Source: Octopus sinensis
Taxonomy: Eukaryota
DNA: 64,000 nt
Direction of reading: 5' to 3'
NCBI RefSeq assembly: GCF_006345805.1
Contig: NC_043002.1
Coordinates: 11,904,001-11,968,000 of the forward strand
In this document: positions 51,420 to 63,567 of the stretch, piece after piece
How positions within the stretch are numbered: the stretch's first letter is position 1
Layout of the letters: each line of letters starts with the position of its first letter
Made by a program: the position numbers and the translations under genes
The notes under the pieces: model-generated
The model's input: the letters and a program-made list of their open reading frames with translations, nothing else
Told to the model about the DNA's origin: nothing
Databases searched by the model: none

Positions 51420-51700
51420 TCTGTGATTAGGTAGACTTCAGGAAGGGCAAGGACCGACAATCTACTTTTAAAAGAAGCTCTGCTGATCCACTGCTTCAAT
51501 CCGAAGATTAATCCGTCGATACTACAATGCTTCAAGCGAACTATAACGCTCTTATTTTTCCTACGTCCAAGCAAGGATATTGAAAATACCAATGAAATAA
51601 AAGGGAGGAACGGGTACAGGGTTTCGAAACATCTAGCTGAAAATCCCGAACTATTTCCACAAAAGGAATAAATCGGAAATCAGTATTGTTATGTAGAGGA
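51420..51700 (+). mobile_element. Inverted PLE 3'-end/pLTR segment abutting the 5' truncation
   Basis: DNLLLKEALLIHCFNPKIN...KRTITLLF is homologous to the minus-strand C-terminus at about 50330-50390. Confidence 0.65.
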
Positions 51701-51835
51701 AAATATTTAAAAAATTAAAAAAGAGTAACCGAATATTAACAAAGTGCATCCTCGCTACGAATTCTGAATAGTACTTAGACATCAACAAACAAGAGATATG
51801 AGAATCAAATAGAGTTGTCTAGCCGTTCACCAAAC

Positions 51836-52344
51836 TACGAGGGTGAGTCAAAAAGGAATGCCATTTTGTTTAGGACAGGTATAATTACCAACACAGGAAC
51901 ATGTATCATACATCAAAATGAAGCTGGTCCTCTGTGGATCAGATCCCTACTTCTCGACATAGTCACCGTTTCTCTCAATAGCAATTTTCTACCTTCGAAT
52001 GAGAGCATGTATTCCTGCCCCATAAAATTCTGTTCACTGTCCTTTGAGCCACTTCCTACACTTCTTCGAACTGGAATAATGTTTGTGTCCCAAACCCTCT
52101 TTCACGGGGCCGAAGAGATGATAATTCGGTCACGAGGAAGTGAAAGCAGTAGTGAAGAAGTGGCTCAAAGAACAGTCAGCAGAATTTAAGGGGCAGGAAC
52201 ATTGAGAGAAACGGTGACTATGTCGAGAAGTAGGGATCTGATCCACAGAGGACCAGCTTCATTTTGATGTATGATACATGTTCCTGTATTGGTAATTAGA
52301 TCAGTCCTAAACAAAATGGCATTAATTTTTGACTCACCCTCGTA
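51836..52344. mobile_element. Mariner-derived non-autonomous element made of two transposase 3' ends, with TA TSD
   Basis: TA-cgagggtgagtcaaaaa...tttttgactcaccctcg-TA. The inverted arms are about 140 bp, and IERNGDYVEK* is encoded on both strands. Confidence 0.85.
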
Positions 52345-52604
52345 GATGATCGCATGATTGATTTACGCAGCTGGAGAGAAGAAACATAAGATCTGATCTT
52401 AGAATGTGAAATAAAACTAGACGAAGAGAAATGAAGGAACGATGCTGAGCTCGAAGGAGGTGTGGCCTGTATAGAAGGTAACCAACAAGATATTTTGAAA
52501 CGCAAGCAGATGACGAAAGACAGTATCGGTGGTGGCAGGACAAGAATTAGCTAAACTGTAAAAAAGAAAACAAGAAAATCACCACAAAAATAAACATATA
52601 TACT

Positions 52605-53126
52605 CTTTTACATGTTTCAGTCATTTGACTGAGGCCATGCTGGAGCACCACCTTTAGTCGAGCAAATCCACTCAAAGGCTTTGGTCAGCCCGACACTTTA
52701 CTGGAAGACACTTGCCCAATGTGCTACGCAGTGGAACCATACCCAGAACCATATGGTTGGGAAGCAAGCTTCTAACCAGACAGCCACTCCTGCAATTATA
52801 CATTGGCGATTTAATAAATAGGCATAAGCATTCCTTTATGAATAAGAAACTCGCCTTGCAACTAAAAGGTTTCTGATTCAGTCCCACTGCGCAGCACATT
52901 GGGCGAATATCTTCTGCTAAAACCTCGGATCAATCAATGCTTTGTTTGTGAATTTCGTGACGGTATACTGCAGTTTGGCTGTGTGGAGGCGCAGGTGCGG
53001 CTGTGTGGTAAGACGCTTGCTTCTCGACCACATGGTTCCGATTTCAGTCACGCTGCGAGACACCTTCGTCAAGTGTTTTCTGCCTTGTGGGTGGATTTTG
53101 TTGACGGAAACTGAAAGAAGCCCGTC

Positions 53127-53140
<14 letters not shown>
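52605..53140. mobile_element. Cluster of SINE-A fragments (52605-52795 minus; 52800-52960 and 52985-53140 plus)
   Basis: Head and core motifs are recognisable in each fragment. Confidence 0.75.
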
Positions 53141-53160
<20 letters not shown>

Positions 53161-53586
53161 TGGCTGCCCTCTCGTTATCGAGTATGGCCATTGCACGAAG
53201 CTTAATCAATATTGTTATCGTGCAATGCCTGTGCAAGAAGATTTTTTTTTAAATGAGGAAAGGCTGTGCACTGAGTCAATCCCACTCACCAAGCAACAAC
53301 AACCATAATCCGAAAAGAAGAACAAGTCAACATCATCGGTAACCACTGAGCCGAAGGTTTTATATCGGAGTTATCCCAGTTACCTGAGTTACATTCTCCT
53401 AGAAGGATGCCTTAACAAAGGCTAGGAGCCCTTCACTCCCAATGGTTTAACCACGCGATCGGGTATTCAGTCCGATTATTTCTATGTCCCCGCGCATGAT
53501 CCAGCCTTAAGACATCTATTGGATGGCCGTTGACTCTCAAGAGTTCCTCCGCCCTACATACATACATGTATATATATATGTATATA

Positions 53587-53664
<78 letters not shown>

Positions 53665-53733
53665 ATGTATATGTATATATATATATGTGTGTGTGTGTGA
53701 GTGTATATTTGTATATATATATATATATAGTTT

Positions 53734-53886
53734 TTCATGACAGCCTGACATGTATGGCCCACGCTACTAAATATTTCGCAGACATGAAACATATGTACGT
53801 TCTTCAGGCTGCCTGAAGAACGTACATGGGTTCCATGTGTGTGAAATATTTAGGAGCGTGGGCCATACATGTCAGGTGGTCATGAA
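53734..53886. ncRNA. 153-bp palindrome carrying two divergent hammerhead-like motifs
   Basis: The centre is the t at 53810. Plus strand: gctgc-CTGAAGA-acgtacatg ggttc catgtgtgt-GAAA-tatt-TA-ggagc. Confidence 0.6.
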
Positions 53887-53978
53887 GAACAATATTTACT
53901 CTGGTTAGATGGAGTACTCTTTTTTGCTGAACCTAAGCTCACGGAGCAATTTATTACACACACACAGACACACATACA

Positions 53979-54016
<38 letters not shown>

Positions 54017-54039
54017 AACACACACACACACACACATCT

Positions 54040-54240
54040 TTGTGTGTGTCTCTGTGTTTGTGATTGTTCCCTCACCACTGCTTGACAACCGATCCTGAAG
54101 TGTTTACGTCCCTGTAACGTAGCGTTTCGGAAAAATTGAGCGATAGAATAAGTCTCGGGGTCGATACCTTCGACTATAAAACCCTTTAAGGCGGTGCCGC
54201 AGTCTGCCTGCGGTCAAAGATCAGAAATAAGTAAAAGAAT
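54040..54240 (+). mobile_element. SINE-A 3' half
   Basis: gcttgacaaccgat...gatagaataagt...ggcggtgcc. Confidence 0.75.
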
Positions 54241-54466
54241 AAAATTATATTTATAGTTTACCTCTCCATTATAGGAAGGATCAACAAAAAATTTCTCCGT
54301 CCAGGGAGAGACATAAGTAATTTAATCAGGTAATTTAATGTATCTTAAAGCATGAAACGGTTACTCTTTTATTATTCCAATTCTATGTTTCAGAGATGAG
54401 GAATTATGCACATTATTTACATTGTTTACATTTGACGTATATTTGTCCTCATTTTGTTTGTTGTTA

Positions 54467-54510
54467 ACACAGCGTTTCGGCTGATATACCCTCCAGCCTT
54501 CTTCAGGTGT
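54467..54510 (-). ncRNA. Minimal hammerhead-like motif
   Basis: acac-CTGAAGA-a ggctg gagggtatat cagcc-GAAA-cgct-gtgt; the U16.1 position appears to be mutated to C. Confidence 0.55.
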
Positions 54511-54929
54511 CTCGGGGAAATTTCGAACGTGGTTTCTCATTTTTAAGGTATTTTTCGATGTTGTTGTTGTTGGTATTATTATTATTATTATTATTATTCA
54601 GATCACAGCCTGGAATCGAACCCAGATTCTTGGGCTTAGTAGCCTGCGTTCTTAACCACTATGCCATATGCCCGTGGGCGTATTTTATTATTGCGTTTTC
54701 AAATGATTTATAAGTTTTCGACTATTTCAAATGTGTTTGTGCTACATTTGACCTGCTGCGAGGAATTTTCATAGCAGTTGGCTATGGAAAAATATTCTTC
54801 CTTTATGCAAATAATGATGATGATGTATATGCATGTGTGCATGCATATTCCCTTTTCCGTTTGACAATGGTATTGGTATGATTACGTCACCATAACTTAG
54901 GAGAGTCGGTGAAAGGTTCCAATAGAATA

Positions 54930-55245
54930 AGTTATTCACGTGATCAAGTGACCGACCAGGCTATCAGATGTTGCTACACATCACTGGTCACAATGCGCTT
55001 CGCATTGTTTTAGCCTTCAAATGACGCCACCCCGCTAGCTATGCGAGCAGGCCAACAGAAGAAAGAGTGAGAGAAAGTTGCGGCGAAAGAGTACAACAGG
55101 GATCGCCACCACCCCCTTACCGGAGCCTCGTGGAGCTTTAAGTGTTTCCGCTCAATAAACACTCACAACGCCCGGTCTGGGAATCGAAAACGCGATCCTA
55201 CGACCGCGAGTCCGCTGCCCTAACCACTGGTCCATTGCGCCTCCA
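54930..55245 (-). mobile_element. SINE-C subfamily with an alternative 3' half
   Basis: Same head as 6983, but it diverges after ctctcactct. Confidence 0.8.
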
Positions 55246-55699
55246 GAATAAGTTATTAGACTTCAAAAATAGGAAGCAGTGGGGGAGAATATTTCGACTA
55301 AAATATTATAGGTGTTGCTCCAGCATGGCTGCAGTCCAACGACTGAAATAGGCTAAAGGTATTAGTGGAAAGCTAAATCGTTCCATGCTGCAGTTGCTTT
55401 TGAAACAGTTGGTAATGATCAGAGAATAGATGTAGAATATTTCTCGGAGGGTAAAAACTTATAAGAATTCCCAAATATATCTCTTTAAAACTCCCAAAAT
55501 ACCAAACCACGCCATTTAATCTGATACCACCAGCACCAGCATTAGCACCACCAACGCTGCCCCCCCCCCTATCAGAATAATAGAATATTCTGGAGAAAAA
55601 TGGTGTTATTGATTTCTTTCTCTGTTTCTGATTTAAACATTTATCACTTCTCGCTTGAGAATTTTTTGTTTTCCTATTCAGCACACACTGCATATTTCC

Positions 55700-56070
55700 T
55701 AACAGCGATAGCATGCTGTCTAGTCATGTCTATACATGTATTCCGGTTTGGTTAGAGCTGGATATGCTGCTTGGACGTCATCTACTGTCTTGCGATTTCA
55801 AAACTACATTTTCCTTATCTCGCTTTCCAGATCCTTCTATTTGGATAATTTTTTTCCTATCGCTTTCACTGATATTTTCTTATCAGATGGATACACCACA
55901 TCAATCAGTGAACAAGTCCTGGTCTGTGTACATTTGATGACAATGTCAGGCAGATTAACTCTTATCTTCTCTTCTCTTCTCTGTGGTATGTGCTTGCATA
56001 TCTCATAGGATAGTACAATCATTGTTCTCTCTGACTGCTTCTAGTCTACGCCTATACGATTTCTCTTGAT
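55700..56070 (-). mobile_element. R4/Dong-type REL endonuclease fragment
   Basis: IRVNLPDIVIKCTQTRTCSLIDVVYPSDKKISVK..KLSK (PD..D..K motif). Confidence 0.75.
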
Positions 56071-56353
56071 TTGGAATAGTCTAACTAAAGTCAGCATATT
56101 TCCCAGGAGAGATATCTTACTAAATTCTCATGTCCTTAAATGCACTCTAAGAAATTTAATGAAAGTTGGACACTGTAAACAATGGAAGGCTCACATCAAA
56201 GCGATTAGCCGATGATGCAGATGTGTTTAGTGATATTAATGATATATTTCTTTACACACATAATCACACACGCACACACGTATACACTCATATTTACAGA
56301 CACATGTAAATATGCATATATGAATACGTTTATATGAATATATGAATATTCAT

Positions 56354-56448
<95 letters not shown>

Positions 56449-57029
56449 TTAGGTAGATATAGGTATATGCTTATATATATATATATATATATATATGTTA
56501 AAGACTTGTTTTATTTATATTTCCTGAGCGCCATACTAATACAATTGTTCGTTTGTCTTCCACCTGCCTTCGTCTTTTGTTTATTTTCATAAAGCTTCCC
56601 GTTATATATATATATATATATTCCTCTGTGTGTTTGTGTGCATGTGGGTGAATGTGTGTGCATTTATATGAATATTAGGGCTGTGTTGATAAGGCGCTTC
56701 TTTTGTAGCGACGTGGTTTCGTGTTCAGTTCCACCACGCTGCACCTTGGGCAGGTACTTTTAACAATAATCTCAGGCCAACCAATGACTTGCGAGTGAAT
56801 TTCATATATATACATATATAAAAGGTGGTGGTGGAAATAGCATAGATGTAAGCCAAAGATATTTCAATTTAAGAAGGAATTTGATAAAAAAATATATAAA
56901 GAAAATATTACTGGTTTCGATGTATCTCATCTTATCAAATATCAGTAAAAATCTATAACAATTTAAGTAAAAATGATTTATCTTCTGTCTGTCTGTCTGT
57001 CTTTCTGTCTGTCTCTCTCTCTCTATCCT

Positions 57030-57099
<70 letters not shown>

Positions 57100-57102
<3 letters not shown>

Positions 57103-57470
57103 ATTGGTGAATTGAAGAAATGGAGCTGAACGCAGATTGAACAGAAATCGTTTTATTTCATTCTACACGTGTTTCGAAAGGCACAAATTACCAAAATCCG
57201 ATTGAATAATGGGACCATATTGTGTCTTTCTCTTCAGGAAGAAAATAGGAAATCCGTTGGAAAAACAAAAACAGAACAGAGGCGGAGCAAAAACAAATCG
57301 AACTATGCTCCTAAGAGCCCATGGCGAAACTGTTTATCAGTGTATGTTGAGAACCGGTGGCTGAAGAATTTAACGGGTCAGGCATCGGTCAATCATGTGG
57401 GTGAGGGTGAAAGTGAAACCGGTGAAATAAATAAACATCTTTTAAAATTGCATTTTCAAACCTTCTTTCG
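57100..57470 (-). mobile_element. Probable solo PLE pLTR
   Basis: Unique sequence ending in an HHR and inserted next to (TA)n. Confidence 0.45.
57157..57243 (-). ncRNA. Type-I hammerhead ribozyme with long stem II
   Basis: ttcttc-CTGAAGA-gaaagacacaa...ttgtgcctttc-GAAA-cacgtg-TA-gaatgaa; cleavage triplet GUA. Confidence 0.7.
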
Positions 57471-57864
57471 TCTATAATTCCACTCGTGCGGTACCTTACA
57501 ACTCCACTTTATATATATATATATATTTCAGTTGGTGGGAGCTAGATAAGCACACTATAGAAAACACGTAGTTGTCTGCAAGAATTTCAATTTAAAATAG
57601 GATTTTTTTATCCACGGCTACTACCACAGTTTCAAAAGTAACAATAAGAGAAATCCAAAGTGAGCTCATATAGTGGTAGTAATAGAGAGAAACGAGTTAA
57701 GCGTAATATGCGTGTATTTACATGGACCACAATGAATATTGAACAAAAATAATAAAATACATATTTAATGAAATTGTTTTAACTCGACAGCTGCTTCAGG
57801 AAGTTCAGAGCTATGTAACAATCATAATTTGCAGGTGATACATGCAAATCGACATATTCACGCA

Positions 57865-58009
57865 ACCAGGACTTATTCTTTGTAAGCCTAGAACTTATTC
57901 TATCCGTCTCTTTTGCCGCACTGCTAAGTTACTGGGATGTAAACACACCAGCATCAGTTGTCAAGTGATGTTGGGGGGATAAACACAGACACACTCACAC
58001 ACACACACA

Positions 58010-58057
<48 letters not shown>

Positions 58058-58230
58058 CATATATACGACGGGCTTCTTTCAGTTTCCGTCAGCCAAATCC
58101 ACTCACGAGGCTTTGGTCGGCCCGAGGCTATAGTAGAAGAAACTTGTCCAAGGTGCCACGCAGTGGGACTGAACCTCGAACCATGTGGTTCGTAGGCAAA
58201 CTACTTAGCATACCGCCACTCCTACGCCTA
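57865..58230 (-). mobile_element. SINE family A (tail truncated)
   Basis: Reverse-complement head, core and microsatellite. Confidence 0.85.
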
Positions 58231-58828
58231 TGGTAATGATTACCAATGATTTATTGGTAATGATTCACTAACAGTGTACAGCAATTTGCTAATTACCTCT
58301 CTGATACGCTGGATGTTTGGATGGAGTGAAAAATGCAGCTTTCGAAATTGTTAACCAAGTATCAATATTTTGTTGTGAATTAGTGTTAAGAGAAAAGTAT
58401 ATAAAGAACTTGCTGATTAAAGATCTTTTGAAGGTCCGCAATTTAATTGAAAATTTTAAAAATCGCTATTTTAATCGAAATTTGGATTTCATGGATATAA
58501 AATCGTTAGGGCTACATATTTCTTCATATTTCTACATAACAGAATGCAAAACAATAAATATAGTGTCCTTAACAGGTTGCATACTAAAATTCTATACAAT
58601 TGACTAATGTCCTAAGGTTCCACAATTACTATAAAGAGAACGGGAATGTTAACTTCTCTGAAGGCCGCTGCAGCCGTCGTTGCGTATGGACGTATGTTGT
58701 ACGTATGTGGAAGTTTTCTGCTTTGTGCCTTGACTTTAGGCCATTGTATTAAAATTAATGATCGTGTTAAATTTCGTGTTGTTTACACTTAGTGACGGTC
58801 TAAGTCTATAACACGTCATGATATTGAA

Positions 58829-59320
58829 TGACCAATATTCGGTACTCTATGTGATCTTAGCGAGCGAGTTCTGCCATCCTACAAGGACATACTAAAATTT
58901 GTTTTATTTGAACGAGAAAAAGAAAAGAATGTAGTTAAGAAAGATCATTCAATTAAACAAATTGGGAAGATTGTATCAGAAAAGATAATTCTATTTTGGC
59001 AAAAGGCATCCATCCCTTGTGTTACGATTGAGTCAGATAAACCGAAAATCTTTTATCTAAAGTACCAAGCATTACTAAAATCAGTGAAAAACAGAAAAAA
59101 AAGTGCCATCGTTTCAAACAAAGTATAATGTGTTTAAAAACAATGCACCAAAAGATTTATTTGACATTTTCTGTTGCAAGTGCTGCTCCTTTAAAAACTG
59201 CAGTTATAGTAGAGACAACAAAGTACCACAGGGAGAATAAAAATTTTACAGGATCAACGGAAAAATCTAAGACTGATCATCGGCGGAATAGATCAAGCAG
59301 TATCTACACAGAACGTTGAG
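58829..59320 (+). pseudogene. Decayed DNA-transposase-like N-terminal region
   Basis: PIFGTLCDLSERVLPSYKDILKF...ILFWQKASIP...KDLFDIFCCKCCSFKNC...KVPQGE..LQDQRKNLRLIIGGID; the family resemblance is from recall. Confidence 0.55.
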
Positions 59321-60740
59321 TTTGATAAGAAAGAATCGACCAGATCACAGTTACCCTTCTATGTCAGCAAAGGCAAGTTTAAGATTTTCGGTTTAACTGA
59401 ATCTTAACACAAGTGATGGATGTCTTTTGCCGAAGAAGAATTATCTTTTCCGCTACATTCTTGACAATTTGCTTAATTTATTTTAATTTGTGCGTAATCT
59501 AGACTTCGGTGACCTAGTATTAAAAATAATAAGAAAACAAAGTCGAAAAGTCTATTTATTTCGCATAATTTCGAAATTTCAAGTGCGTTGCGGAGTCTGT
59601 AGATATAAATTTTAGAGCTTCAGATTTTAACAACTTTGTCTTAAAAGGATTTTGCAAAAGAAAATCGATTTCTAACAATGAATGGAAAAAATAAAATGAG
59701 GAAAGGCAAACGTGTTATAAATTCATTTTCCGCTCATTATTTAAAACTCCAAGTGAGTTGCGGAACCTAAAGATGTAAATTTAAGAACTTCAGATTTTAA
59801 CACATTTGTTCTAAAGGAGCTAAAGGCACCGTTCTCGCTCTATCCATACAGTTTGTATGAGTGGCTTCTCCCGTAACCACTACATTGGCTGCAATAGCCA
59901 TGGACACGTCAGCTGCATACCAAGTCCATCTAAGTCGCACCTCAGATTATTTTTTTCCTCTGATAATTCTTACTGTCTCGCCTCCCAAATCACTTACTGG
60001 TTCGCAACCGCGGTCCCCATGGACCTTAGAAGTCCATATAAGTTTATGGACAGTAAATTAGTTAAATATCTACAAAACACAAAATATTTGAACAATTTTT
60101 TAATACAATTCCTAATGTTATTTAATTACAAACATATATTAAGGCATTTTTTAACACGAAGGACCGGCAGAATAAAATGGGAATCAAACGGGGGCTCACA
60201 AGCAAAAATTGGTTGAAAACCTCTGCCTTGGGTGGATGTCTTTTTGAGGTTCACCTTCCAAGGGTTGAAATTTTCTGAATGTCCCTCCACGCCCACGTTT
60301 TTCCTCTGCTGCCATTATCTACAGATGTTCACATTAAGACGTAAACTTCATTAATCTTACCAATCTGAACACTGCCTCTTCACTCCTCTTTCGGTTATCT
60401 TATAAAAAGAAACAAAAACAAAAAAAAACTAAGAATGCTAATCCAAGACGCTGCTAAGTGCGAAGTAACTCCGTAACCCGAAATATTTTACATTCAATGT
60501 CATTAGCAGTATTGTTCCGTGCGTTTGACTCATCGCGTTCATGATTTCGTGTATTTCTCTCTTTTTAGGGAAATTATCTGCCTTTCCGTTGTTCATTCTA
60601 AGATTTCAACTTGTCAGTCTCAAGTATGCGATATCTACATCACACTCGTCTTTATCTAACAGTTAGAAATACCTCTAAGTGAGCTATTTCAAGATAATAC
60701 ACAATTCCTTTACATTTATCTGCCATGTTATTTAAGCTGT

Positions 60741-60785
60741 GTTTAGTCTCTAATGTCCGTTACATTGAGTTTATTATCATCATCA

Positions 60786-60840
<55 letters not shown>

Positions 60841-60880
60841 TATTATCAATATTATTATTTTGATCATTATTATTATTATT

Positions 60881-60949
<69 letters not shown>

Positions 60950-60997
60950 GGTGGTGTTTGTGTTGTTGTTTAGTCTCTAATGTCCGTTACATTGAGT

Positions 60998-61073
<76 letters not shown>

Positions 61074-61130
61074 CATTATTGTTATTATTATTATTGTTGT
61101 TGTTGTTGTTTTTGTTATCGTCATCATCAT
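60741..61130. repeat. Tandem duplication of a 33-bp anchor plus (ATT)n(GTT)n
   Basis: tttagtctctaatgtccgttacattgagtttat at about 60742 and 60969. Confidence 0.9.
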
Positions 61131-61274
61131 CGTCTTCAACAGCAATAGTAATAACTTTTGCTGTATCACGAATTTTATCTTCGCTTTCTACAGTTCGGTG
61201 TTTCGTTCCTGATAGATTAAGGTCGTCTGCTCTTCTACATAATTCTAAACTGCCTTTAGCTACTGTGTCTTCTA

Positions 61275-61700
61275 TCTTTTACGTGTTTCAGCCATCAGAC
61301 TGTGGCCATGTTGGGGCACTGTTTTGAAGATTATTTAGTCGAATAAACCGACTCCAGTATTAATTTTTTTTCAATGCCTGCTACTTGTCCAGTCGGTCTC
61401 TTTTTACCGAACCGCTAATAAGGGGACATAAACACGCCAACACCGGTTGTCAAGTAGAAGTATTGTCAAGTAGTAGTGGGGAGAAAAAACAGACACAGAA
61501 ACACACACACATGCAGACATACATACTTATACACGCATACACACAGGATGGGCTTTTTTCAGTTTCTGTCTACCAAATCCACCCCCAAGGCTTTGGGAGT
61601 GGATCGATGCTATAGTAGAAGACACTTTCCCACGATGCCATAGAGTTAGACTGAACCTGGAACCGTGTGATCGGGAAGCAAACGTCTTACCACACAGCCC
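61275..61700 (-). mobile_element. Diverged full-length SINE-A
   Basis: Head (accacacagcc) and tail (tgtggccatgttgggcac) motifs. Confidence 0.75.
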
Positions 61701-62094
61701 CACCTAGTGGTAGTTTTTTCTTCGTTCCTAAGCAGATATCTTTAGGAAAAGGCTTACATAATGGTTATATTATCGTCAAGATACTAAATATGGTTTATCG
61801 AATAAATTTAACTGAGAGACGGTTTCATAGAAGTGTCAGGGTCTAAACGTCTACCACCTAAGACTGGTTCTGATTTCATTTACAATCGTCATTCAACAAT
61901 ACAAAGACCATAAACGGCACGGTGCGATGATGGAGACGAAAAATATTCAAGGGCTGAATATGCTAAAAGACCAACATTGAAGAGGGTTTTTGGTTATTTC
62001 ATAAAAATATTGGAACCGTGGGGAGTTTTCTGAAAGAAGATGATATCATTGTTTAAGTAGCATCATGCAAAAACCTAGCAGAGCATGAAATTTG

Positions 62095-62230
62095 GTGGAT
62101 GGTGATAGTCATTTACATCGACCCCAATACTCAACTGGTACTTATTTTATCACCCCCACCCCGACAGGATTAAAAACAAAGTCGAACTCGGCGGAATTTG
62201 AACTCAGAACGTGAAGGGAGACGAAATAAA
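62095..62230 (-). mobile_element. SINE-B fragment
   Basis: aaagtcgaactcggcggaatttgaactcagaacg. Confidence 0.75.
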
Positions 62231-62264
62231 AATATATAAATAAACGACAACAACAACAATAAAA

Positions 62265-62453
62265 ATCTTGAGAAGTACATGGAACAAATAGAGGCTGCAA
62301 TAAGGGTGGGGCACTTGTAGAAAACAGCACTGCTTGGAACCGTTGGAATACTCCTGCTGGTGTTCGAAAAATAAGAGGTGTTACCTAAGTTCACTGGTAG
62401 TGAACAGCTGACACCGTAGTGCATCTCCAGCGTTGGAAGCTGTGCAAAGGCAA
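62265..62453 (+). mobile_element. R4/Dong-type 3' end, second subfamily
   Basis: LEKYMEQIEAAIRVGHL*KTALLGTVGIL..VFEK*, followed by a short UTR and (TAA)n. Confidence 0.65.
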
Positions 62454-62504
62454 TAAATAATAATAATAATGATGATAATGATAATGATAATAATAATAAT
62501 ATAA

Positions 62505-62878
62505 AGCTCAGAAAATATAAAGACCTGCTCATTGAAATTGAGAAAATGTGGCATCTCAAGGCGGTTACAATACCAGTAATCGTAGGAGCACTAGGAATGA
62601 TCAAGAAGGGAACCGAAAATTATATGAGAATGATCCCTGGCTTACCATCCCTGCAAGAAGTGCAAAAGATTGTCTTAACTGGTACATCACACGTATTGAG
62701 AAGAGCATTGTCGATGTGAGAACTATTACTGCCCATGTATTTTAATTTAACCTTAAAAAAAAAATGAACGAACTATTGAGTTTGGTTTAATGGCCTACCA
62801 ATGTATACTATGAGTTTCTTTGCCCTAGGAGTCGGCAAGAAATGGAAGCAAATTTGAAAGAAGAAGAAAAAAAAATAA
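62505..62878 (+). mobile_element. R4/Dong-type REL C-terminus plus 3' UTR within (TAA)n
   Basis: KYKDLLIEIEKMWHLKAVTIPVIVGALGMIKKGTENYMRMIPGLPSLQEVQKIVLTGTSHVLRRALSM*. Confidence 0.9.
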
Positions 62879-62954
62879 TAATGATAACAATAGCAATAAC
62901 AATAGCAATAACAATAACAACAACAACAATAACAACAACAACAACAACAACAAC

Positions 62955-62989
<35 letters not shown>

Positions 62990-63099
62990 GCATAGAGGTT
63001 CAGTTGCTCGAATGTTTCCACAGACACACCGATATATTTTTAAGTACATACGTACCCCCGTATATTTATATATTTCTCTCCCTGTTTATCTCGCTGTCT

Positions 63100-63182
<83 letters not shown>

Positions 63183-63354
63183 ACTGTTTGTCTATCCGTC
63201 ATTGTATGTATGGACACATACACACGCCCACACACACACACACATGTATATAAAATTAAATGATAAGGGTAGAAATTGATTTTAATCAATTAAAACCAGT
63301 GGCTTAGTATATTTAAAAAATCCGAAGATAAAAAATTGTTACGTACACAATTAA

Positions 63355-63567
63355 GAGGACACCTAATATGCTAAACATAGACGTCAAATGGCCATTACCA
63401 AATGGCGAAACCCCAAAATTTTAAAATGAGCAAGACAAATGAAAATATACAAAATAAAAAACGATTACCTATGTACCATTGGTTTCACCTGTTAATATGT
63501 AAGTATGCAATGGCGATTTAACGTCTATGTTTAGCATATTAGGTGTCCACTTTAGTGGTCATTCCTC
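63355..63567. mobile_element. MITE with TTAA TSD and GAG...CTC termini (Sola3- or Kolobok-like)
   Basis: TTAA-gagga...tcctc-TTAA; inner TIR cacctaatatgctaaacatagacgt and acgtctatgtttagcatattaggtg. Confidence 0.7.

Noticed and set aside
59574-59818. Two ~75-bp diverged direct repeats
   Set aside because: They are real but probably the subterminal repeats of a decayed transposon, and I saw no further structure.
60553-60630. Polypyrimidine tract plus AG followed by a possible GT donor
   Set aside because: There is no recognisable peptide or partner exon, and such signals are common in AT-rich DNA.
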